This document shows, piece after piece, positions 57,123 through 64,000 of a DNA stretch of 64,000 bases. This DNA is from Sulfolobales archaeon (GTDB taxonomy: Archaea; Thermoproteota; Thermoprotei_A; Sulfolobales; NBVN01), in the NCBI GenBank assembly GCA_038841535.1, contig JAWBTQ010000002.1:96001-160000 (forward strand). The letters are read 5' to 3'. The position numbers were made by a program, and so were the translations under genes. Each line of letters starts with the position of its first letter. The stretch's first letter is position 1. The notes beneath the pieces were generated by a model that did not search any database, had not been told where the DNA came from, and worked only from the letters and a program-made list of their open reading frames with translations.

Positions 57123-58375
57123 TTTCTACCCCCCTTAGTATATTGTAGCACCATGCTTTCTTCGATAGGCTCCAGACCCCCACCAGCTCTCTCTAAAATA
57201 CTCGATATGATGCTGTACAGCTTCTCGAGATCTTCTCTGTCAACATAGTGCTCGTACTCGAACCTGGGTATTAGCACCCTGAGCCTACTTCCAAACACCT
57301 CGATTAGGTCGGCAAACCTCGTAGGATTTTCCGTGGCTAGAGAGATAGGGTTCGCAACGAGAAGTACGGCTCCGTAGTCTGAGGCTTGCCTACCCATGTA
57401 CGTAGGAACACTCGCGTATACACCCATGTGAGATGAGCAATAGCAGTGTGGTGTAACATAAGAGAATACGTCAATGAGAGCTTTCGCAACGTCTTCGGTA
57501 GCACTTCTCACTACCTTAGCTGTAGCACTACAGCAGACTGCTAAATCTACTGGGACACTATATCTTGCTAAGCTTTGAACTAGTGAGCGAAGAGTTCTCA
57601 GCTCTATAGATGCGAGGGTGTTCGGGGGATTCCCGATACTCCAATCCCAAGCTCTCACGTCTAAAATCACGAGAACTCTAGCTGTAACCTCACCAAAGTC
57701 TTCTCTAACGTACACCCTCCCAGTACGAGCGTAAGCCTTCCAGACGATCTTTCTGTAGTCATCACCGGGAGTATACTCCCGGAAATCAGCTAGATCGTAC
57801 ATGCCTCCAGTAGCCTTACCGCGTATTATTAGACCCCAGAGCTTCTCCACACTCTTTAGAGATAATCCCATACTACCGTAGTAAGGTAGAACAGTGATCG
57901 TCGTCGGAAAGGTAACGCGAGTTTGAGTAGTAAAGAAGCCTAGAGGACCGAAGGCGCGCACTTCGATATCTCTAAACACGTAGCTACCGGGCAAGAGAGG
58001 CTTTACTCTGTAAGAAAACATTGCGGTAGTGCCCTTCGGAAGCACGACGGCAGCCGATGGTTTCTCACTTAAAAAGAGGAACTCAGGTACTAGGTCAACT
58101 ACTTCCGATAGTGCTACATCTCTATGGCTAGAGTTCTCCACGAAGACTTTGACCTCAACTTCCTCGAGCTCTGTAGCTACTTTAGCGCTTTCACGCATTA
58201 TCGAAATACTTCCGATGGCATTCCCCGATTCTAAAGCTTGGTGGTAATCATAGTATAGTAGCAGGATGATCGATAGTGACAGCGCTAACAGAACTATGCT
58301 ATCCACTCTAAAGCTGAGTAGTAGCAGTGATAGAGCCGCTAGAGCTACCGATAGACCTCTTAGGGTAAGTCTCAG
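57119..58375 (-). CDS. DUF58 domain protein
   Basis: FREYTPGDDYRKIVWKAYAR...VRE; frame extends to CTG 58375 overlapping the MoxR stop, giving M-RLTLRG (track start 58306). Confidence 0.88.
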   Translation of the reverse strand: MRLTLRGLSVALAALSLLLLSFRVDSIVLLALSLSIILLLYYDYHQALESGNAIGSISIMRESAKVATELEEVEVKVFVENSSHRDVALSEVVDLVPEFLFLSEKPSAAVVLPKGTTAMFSYRVKPLLPGSYVFRDIEVRAFGPLGFFTTQTRVTFPTTITVLPYYGSMGLSLKSVEKLWGLIIRGKATGGMYDLADFREYTPGDDYRKIVWKAYARTGRVYVREDFGEVTARVLVILDVRAWDWSIGNPPNTLASIELRTLRSLVQSLARYSVPVDLAVCCSATAKVVRSATEDVAKALIDVFSYVTPHCYCSSHMGVYASVPTYMGRQASDYGAVLLVANPISLATENPTRFADLIEVFGSRLRVLIPRFEYEHYVDREDLEKLYSIISSILERAGGGLEPIEESMVLQYTKGGRK

Positions 58376-59313
58376 GGGACTTCCACCTTCTCTAACACGT
58401 CGGTTATTACGTCGCTAACTTTAATCCCGGAGATCCTCGCCTCCGTTTTTAGAATGATCCTGTGGGATAACGTAGGATGCGCTACGTACTTTACGTCATC
58501 TGGCGTGACATAGTCGCGACTTCTCATGATGGCTACAGCCTTCGAGAGTAGGTACATAGCTATAGCACCCCTCGGTGACGCACCGAGTCTTACCATGGGG
58601 TGCTCTCTTGTTGTTTGGACTATCGCTGAGATATACTTCTTTACGTTTTGGTCAACAGTGATGTTCTTGACTATCTCGATGAGGTTCAACACGTTACCTA
58701 GGTCGAGAACAGGCTTCGTAGGTTCTGATACTATTTCGTAATACTTGTCGAGAATAGATACAGTCTCACTTAAAGAGGGGTAGCCGATCTCTATTTTCGC
58801 TAAAAACCTATCTACCTGCGCTTCAGATAGGGGGAACGTGCCTTCAGTTTCAATAGGGTTCATAGTGGCTACTACTAAGAAGGGTCTAGGGAGAGGATAT
58901 GTAGTACCTTCGACGGTTACCTGCCTCTCCTGCATAGCCTCTAGTAAAGCTGACTGCGTCTTAGGTGAAGCTCTGTTGATCTCGTCGACTAAAAGTATGT
59001 TTGTGAAAACCGGACCCTTTCTAAAGCTGAACTCTGATGTCTTGGGGTTATAGACCACCACTCCTATGATATCGGAAGGTAGCATGTCTGGTGTAAACTG
59101 GACCCTCTTGAAGTCGAGACCCAGAGTACTCGATATGGTTTTAGCCAGTAAGGTCTTAGCTACTCCCGGGACACCCTCTAATAGTACATGTCCTTCGGAA
59201 ATTAGTGATGCTAGAATTAGCTCTACTTCTTTTCTTTTTCCTATTACTTTTCTCTCGATCTCGTCGATAACTTTTCGAACAGCAGATGAGAATACACGCA
59301 CTTTACTTTCCAA
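58372..59313 (-). CDS. moxR: MoxR family AAA+ ATPase
   Basis: GHVLLEGVPGVAKT, RVQFTPDMLPSDI, DEINRASPKTQSALLEAMQE, ATMNPIE.EGTFPL.EAQ.DRF. Confidence 0.96.
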   Translation of the reverse strand: MESKVRVFSSAVRKVIDEIERKVIGKRKEVELILASLISEGHVLLEGVPGVAKTLLAKTISSTLGLDFKRVQFTPDMLPSDIIGVVVYNPKTSEFSFRKGPVFTNILLVDEINRASPKTQSALLEAMQERQVTVEGTTYPLPRPFLVVATMNPIETEGTFPLSEAQVDRFLAKIEIGYPSLSETVSILDKYYEIVSEPTKPVLDLGNVLNLIEIVKNITVDQNVKKYISAIVQTTREHPMVRLGASPRGAIAMYLLSKAVAIMRSRDYVTPDDVKYVAHPTLSHRIILKTEARISGIKVSDVITDVLEKVEVP

Positions 59314-60244
59314 TTCTATACACCCAGCTTAACCAACCCTCAACATATTCCTTAAACAATATATTTACCTCAGGTGGAGTGCTTTTTCCTCTTCTGCGGA
59401 CTGATGGCTTGGGTAAACTCGCCAAAGACCTGGGAGAGATTAAAGCAAGTATCAGCAACCCTGTGATCACGACTCTGAAAGTACCGGTCGCAGGGTCCCT
59501 GAGGAGAACGTATTCAGCGACCTTACCTACGTAGTATGGTATACTGACAAGGAACTTTGGAGAGACTAATCTCTCCGTGAATACCCGCCCACTCTCATAA
59601 AACACCACAGTATCTCTATCCAGTAGTGCCAGCACGAAAGATAGATGTGCTTGTCTGTATCTGGAACGCAGAACCTCGTTAATGAAGATGCTGGAGTCGC
59701 CGAACACCAATATCTTACCCTTTCCATGACGAACCTCTGTAGCTACAGGTATACCGCTTACCCAACAAATAGGTATGCCACCTAATACCTCCCTGTATAC
59801 ATTAAAGAGCACGGTACGGTTAAACCCACTCACACAACATACTCCTAGGGATATGTCGCTGATCAACTGTCCTACACTAAGATTCACCTTTTCGAGGAGG
59901 GGTCTCGGAGTTGTGAACTCGTCTAGTACGATTAATTCTCCCCCCTTCTCAACCCATCTCAAGATCTGAAGAATCTCGTACTCCTTTGGGAAAAAGTCCA
60001 AACCGAGTATGAGCAGAACAGAAGAGCTTGGATCATATAGCCAAATGTCTTCTACGCTTCTAGCTGCCTTAATCTTTTTGTAGATAGTCATAGCGGAAAC
60101 GAGCTCTGATAACCCCCCATCACCTCTGTTGTACAGTGATGGAGGGTCGCCCTCTAGTGATTGAATTAGGGGGATCTGCATAATCGAGAGAAAAACGAGC
60201 CACAAGACAGCGACAGATAGGAGTAAGGCCCTAGATGGAAACAT
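59303..60244 (-). CDS. DUF4350-like membrane-anchored protein
   Basis: N-terminal TM, S.YN....G.S, WVEKGG.L, GKGKI..FGDSSIFIN. Confidence 0.75.
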   Translation of the reverse strand: MFPSRALLLSVAVLWLVFLSIMQIPLIQSLEGDPPSLYNRGDGGLSELVSAMTIYKKIKAARSVEDIWLYDPSSSVLLILGLDFFPKEYEILQILRWVEKGGELIVLDEFTTPRPLLEKVNLSVGQLISDISLGVCCVSGFNRTVLFNVYREVLGGIPICWVSGIPVATEVRHGKGKILVFGDSSIFINEVLRSRYRQAHLSFVLALLDRDTVVFYESGRVFTERLVSPKFLVSIPYYVGKVAEYVLLRDPATGTFRVVITGLLILALISPRSLASLPKPSVRRRGKSTPPEVNILFKEYVEGWLSWVYRIGK

Positions 60245-60752
60245 CGAGCTTCACCAGAACCTCCTTGCCCTCTGGACTTAGCTCTTTAGATCCGTAAACA
60301 ACGTCCTCATATAGTTGGACGAAATCCTCGTACTCACTTCTGCCGTACCTCGTGAGTAGCTCCCTAGGAGTACATTTCCTACATCCTAAAGCGTCTCTCA
60401 GCTTTAGGTAATACTTCCTTAAGACAAGCTTTACTCCCGGATATACGTATTCAACAACGTCTCCCATGTGTTGACTCGGCAACCTCTTCGTGAGGATGTA
60501 GTGCTTAGCGAACGAAACAATGTCCTTGCCGTACCACACAGTAATTAAAAAGAGGACAATCATTATGGCAATTACCGCTGTTGCTAGTAAAGCTAACAAG
60601 GCTAGTGGATCAGCCGAAGCTAGTAAATCCTTAAAGGTAGTAAGCGTAGAGGTTCTATTGTGTACTAAACTGAGGTTGCCTAAGGAAAATTCAGCTTCTA
60701 TGCCTGACTCTACATTCTGCTGAATCGGAAAATACCTAATTACCTCCGACAT
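60231..60752 (-). CDS. Membrane protein with DUF4129-like C-terminus
   Basis: TM helix, TPREL....FVQLYEDVVYG. Confidence 0.7.
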   Translation of the reverse strand: MSEVIRYFPIQQNVESGIEAEFSLGNLSLVHNRTSTLTTFKDLLASADPLALLALLATAVIAIMIVLFLITVWYGKDIVSFAKHYILTKRLPSQHMGDVVEYVYPGVKLVLRKYYLKLRDALGCRKCTPRELLTRYGRSEYEDFVQLYEDVVYGSKELSPEGKEVLVKLDVSI

Positions 60753-60972
60753 ATTCCTTCATACCTAGGTACCCGCTGTTTACTACTTTTTCTCTAGTAT
60801 CTAGGGGCTTCCAGTTAGCCCACAGCCCTCTCGTTATTTTAGCATAGTCGCGAGTAGCGATCAAAGGTAGAAGCACGGAGACCCCATTTACGGCATGTAA
60901 ATCGTGCTCTGAGCAGCTTGGAATACTACCCTCATCGCCGCCCAGAGCCACAGTAAATCCCAAGCCCATCAC
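60736..60972 (-). CDS. Possible small hypothetical protein at the head of the MoxR operon
   Basis: TTTTTAAG about 25 nt upstream of GTGATG; overlaps the next start; no recognisable motif. Confidence 0.3.
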   Translation of the reverse strand: MMGLGFTVALGGDEGSIPSCSEHDLHAVNGVSVLLPLIATRDYAKITRGLWANWKPLDTREKVVNSGYLGMKEYVGGN

Positions 60973-61275
60973 TCTGAGTAACCAGCAACCCGAAACTTAA
61001 AAATCTTTACAAAGCACCTAAGAGGAGGCGTTGAGACTCTGCCTGGATAACGTGATAATCAAAGTACTCTGGGTCTACTCTGTTAAAGATGCTACTGCCT
61101 TGCTTTCCCCACTAAACGCTTTAGAAGTAGCATCCAAAAGTAACTGAATCGTCGCTGGAGTCTTCTCAGAGCATAACATTGCTTTCTATACGTATGCTTC
61201 GAGCTGATCTCTGTTAACTGAAAACTTTGTTAAGCCTGCGGCTTCCTAAGTACTGGAATTCACCAAATAAATCGG

Positions 61276-61947
61276 CTAGCGGAAGCCTCCGGCTACTTGC
61301 AGTCTGTCAGATACGCGAAAGCCCGTCTTTATCGCTAAATCGACAGCTACTTTCAACCTATTGTTTAGTTCCTCGATGCTCGATGCCTGAGGCATTAGAA
61401 ATACTGAAGATGGGTCGACATCAAATAACTTCACGATCTCTTCTATCTCACTCAAGTCTCCGTATTCCTCAATAACAAACTTGAGGTATATCTTAGACTT
61501 CATGCTTTTGGGCAAGTCCCTAAACTTAGTGGAACATCTCCTAAGATCTTCAGGCATACCGGAATTCTCTAGCTTTGGTGACACTATGAGCCTATCAACT
61601 ACTTCTAACACACCACTTGGATCAATAGTGCAGTTAGTCTCAACTTCGATTTCTACGTTACTGTTCTCCTTTTTTAGTTTTACCACAAGCTCTCTTACCT
61701 CATCTTTTTGTAGGAGAGGTTCTCCACCGGTTATAACGACTAGCTTTATTCTGCTGTAAGTTCTTAGGAGGCATAGCACCTCCCTAGTTACTAACTCCAC
61801 GGGCATGTCCTCGCCAAGAGTCCAAGCGTATTTAGTGTCACACCATAGGCACCTTAGATTACATTGAGCAAGCCTGAGGAAGACGGCTGGTACACCAAGA
61901 CTGGGACCTTCGCCTTGGACTGAGACGAAGACTTCAGAAACCCTCAT
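61276..61947 (-). CDS. queE: 7-carboxy-7-deazaguanine synthase (radical SAM)
   Basis: SEVFVSVQGEG, VFLRLAQCNLRCLWCDTKY, VITGGEPLLQ, ETN, VSPKL, LMPQ. Confidence 0.92.
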   Translation of the reverse strand: MRVSEVFVSVQGEGPSLGVPAVFLRLAQCNLRCLWCDTKYAWTLGEDMPVELVTREVLCLLRTYSRIKLVVITGGEPLLQKDEVRELVVKLKKENSNVEIEVETNCTIDPSGVLEVVDRLIVSPKLENSGMPEDLRRCSTKFRDLPKSMKSKIYLKFVIEEYGDLSEIEEIVKLFDVDPSSVFLMPQASSIEELNNRLKVAVDLAIKTGFRVSDRLQVAGGFR

Positions 61948-62333
61948 TCTGATACCTCAACGCAGTATCTTCCCTCATTGCTACACAACTCAACACTGTA
62001 TACCTGCGCGATATGCTTTTTGGTTTCTAACAGAATGTAGTGAGCGATGTATTCAGCAGATAGGTCCTCGACTCCGAGCTCCTCGTTGAGATACTTGTGA
62101 TCGAGGTTTTCAGTAATCTTTTTAACAACAGACTCCAACATCTTCAAGTCGACCGCTATGTTCCCCTCACCAAGAGACTCAGAAATAGCGCATACTCTAG
62201 TTTTAAAGTCGTGACCGTGAACGAGCCTCCCGACACCTTTGTGGGACTTTATCGTGTGAGCCGCACTGAACACTTCCGTAACACATACTCTGTACTTCAC
62301 GCTATCACCTATGATTCCACGATTATTGTACAC
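61944..62333 (-). CDS. queD: 6-carboxytetrahydropterin synthase / PTPS family
   Basis: FSAAH, HGH, LDHKYLNE, SAE.IA; GTGA-coupled to queE. Confidence 0.85.
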   Translation of the reverse strand: MYNNRGIIGDSVKYRVCVTEVFSAAHTIKSHKGVGRLVHGHDFKTRVCAISESLGEGNIAVDLKMLESVVKKITENLDHKYLNEELGVEDLSAEYIAHYILLETKKHIAQVYSVELCSNEGRYCVEVSE

Positions 62334-62383
62334 CTAATTGAATAAGCTTACAACTTAAGGCTTCACTTTTTGGGATGAGTGGG

Positions 62384-63151
62384 CTAGGTCAAATCCCCGC
62401 AAGCACAGAATACTTCGTGAAGCATCTTATACAGCTCATCGATTCCATACCCCTCTATTGAAGAAACGGCAATGAGTCTTCCAGCCTTTAGGTACCTCTT
62501 CACCAAATCTAATACCTCGGACAGCATCTCCGATAAAACGCCGGAACCGCTCCTACTGAGGTTGCTAACAATTTCCTCAACCTCAAGGTGGATGCTATGT
62601 GATACTAAACCCCCGGGGGTCCCAGAGGCATCTGCTTTACTGAGTACTGGCACTATCGGTATTTCGAGCCTCAACTGAGCTACTATACCCAGCAGAACGG
62701 AGACCGCAGCTCCCGCCCCGTATCTCCCTAAGGTCGAGTCAAGCAGGAAAACCCCTACGGGTTCAGATGCTTTTTTCACTACTTGAATAAGCTTTAGTCC
62801 AGAAGGTCTGAAGATGACGATCTCCATCTGCCCTGGAGTGTCAACTAGTATGTAATCTCCCTTAAGAACGCTGAGTGCTTCATATACCTCTCTATAGCTT
62901 TCCGCTAGTATGTCAACAGCTCTAACTATAGCTGCGTTTGGTCCTAGACCTTCTCTTACCATGACGTCTCGCGTTTTAACTATGCTTCTCGCATCAAATG
63001 AAGGAGTGTATGGCAAGAACTCAACGGCTGGATCAAGGTTTACGTAGTCTACAGTGAACCCCGAGTTCTCGAGCCACTTACCAAAAGCCCACGTTAGTAG
63101 TGTTTTTCCGGAGCCAGCGGGACCGAGAAATAACACAGATAGCTTCGGCAT
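62384..63151 (-). CDS. GPN-loop GTPase
   Basis: GPAGSGKT, VNLDP, GLGPN, DTPGQME, SKAD, CACGDLT C-terminus. Confidence 0.93.
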   Translation of the reverse strand: MPKLSVLFLGPAGSGKTLLTWAFGKWLENSGFTVDYVNLDPAVEFLPYTPSFDARSIVKTRDVMVREGLGPNAAIVRAVDILAESYREVYEALSVLKGDYILVDTPGQMEIVIFRPSGLKLIQVVKKASEPVGVFLLDSTLGRYGAGAAVSVLLGIVAQLRLEIPIVPVLSKADASGTPGGLVSHSIHLEVEEIVSNLSRSGSGVLSEMLSEVLDLVKRYLKAGRLIAVSSIEGYGIDELYKMLHEVFCACGDLT

Positions 63152-63166
63152 GCTGATCTAAGCTGG

Positions 63167-64000
63167 CTAGAACTGAGATATGAAGTCTTCCGGTCTTGGA
63201 GGTTCTGGCTGAAGACCCTTTCTAGACCTTATGGACTTAACTACGGCCGGTAACAGTTGCTCAGGTACTGATGACCACTTACTGAACTCCGTACCCCAGA
63301 AGGCTCTTCCAGCAGTGGCGCTCCTGAGCTCGCTAGCTAAGTCCATGGACTCAGCGATGGGTAGTTCTGCCATGATTCTAGCGGAAGTCGGTGTAGTGTA
63401 GACCACGTCAATAACCTTACCCCGCCTTCTCGATACAACGCTAATTACAGAACTTATCAGGTCTGCGGGAACTCTAACGTCAAGTTTTTGAAGAGGTTCT
63501 AGCAGTGTTGGTCTAGACATCAGTATGCCAGCATATATCGGGTTCCTTGTTGCTGGGTAGAGCTGTGCTGGACCTCGGTGAGCCGGATCTTCGTGTATGA
63601 CGGCGTCGTGAAGCACCACCTTTATACCTCTAACAGGCTCCATAGCCATGGGACCTTCTTTCATCGCCAGCCTGAAGCCCTGTATTATGGTGTCTCTAAC
63701 CTCCCTTAAGTACTGAACTCCTGCGGTCCTATCAACGAAAACGTTTATGTTTTCGTCTATAGCCCAGATCCTCCTCGCTTCATCGTAGTCCCAACCGGCT
63801 TGATCCCTCAGTATCTTAGCTCTCTCGCGCGAGTCCATATCTTCCGTAATGACGCCCTGCTGGATCAGCTTAATGGTCTCCTCGTTCAATGGCTCAACAC
63901 TTATGTAGAGCTTGTTATGCTTATTGGGGGACTTACCCTCAATAACCTGTGACACTTCCCTACACGTCTCTCTGTAGACGACGAGAGGCGGTGATGTATC
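63167..64000 (-). CDS. fusA: Translation elongation factor EF-2, C-terminal part (5' end beyond window)
   Basis: [40 protein letters not shown] diphthamide loop, [11 protein letters not shown]. Confidence 0.97.
   Translation of the reverse strand, partial: DTSPPLVVYRETCREVSQVIEGKSPNKHNKLYISVEPLNEETIKLIQQGVITEDMDSRERAKILRDQAGWDYDEARRIWAIDENINVFVDRTAGVQYLREVRDTIIQGFRLAMKEGPMAMEPVRGIKVVLHDAVIHEDPAHRGPAQLYPATRNPIYAGILMSRPTLLEPLQKLDVRVPADLISSVISVVSRRRGKVIDVVYTTPTSARIMAELPIAESMDLASELRSATAGRAFWGTEFSKWSSVPEQLLPAVVKSIRSRKGLQPEPPRPEDFISQF

Overview
Gene-dense chromosomal window from a thermophilic crenarchaeon (Thermoprotei-like, inferred from the EF-2 C-terminus with its diphthamide loop, GPN GTPase, XPD, AOR, HerA/NurA, TATA-box promoters and frequent GTG/TTG starts). 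No rRNA, tRNA or CRISPR array was seen. The left third encodes acyl-CoA/ETF metabolism, a tungsten AOR cluster, a stand-alone HerA-NurA pair, a pdxS-pdxT operon ending in a degenerate threonine-synthase-fold/wHTH fusion, and stress and amino-acid genes. The most striking region is ~27.0-42.8 kb, an all-plus-strand amino-sugar locus: GH42-like, SIS, ROK kinase, GH84, Eis-like GNAT, a five-gene Opp/Dpp-type ABC importer, and a membrane-anchored three-domain enzyme (GH18 SleL-like + Amidase_2 + GHL10/DigH-like). Its three apparent promoters share a GTTACGTAA palindrome just upstream of the TATA box. I read it as a co-regulated system for degrading and importing bacterial peptidoglycan in an organism that makes none. 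The right third is housekeeping (XPD, HypA/Mrp, MATE, Fe-type ABC, MoxR operon, queE/queD, GPN, EF-2), with IS200/IS605-like relics near 42.9 and 44.1 kb. All family calls come from motif recognition by eye, not from database searches.
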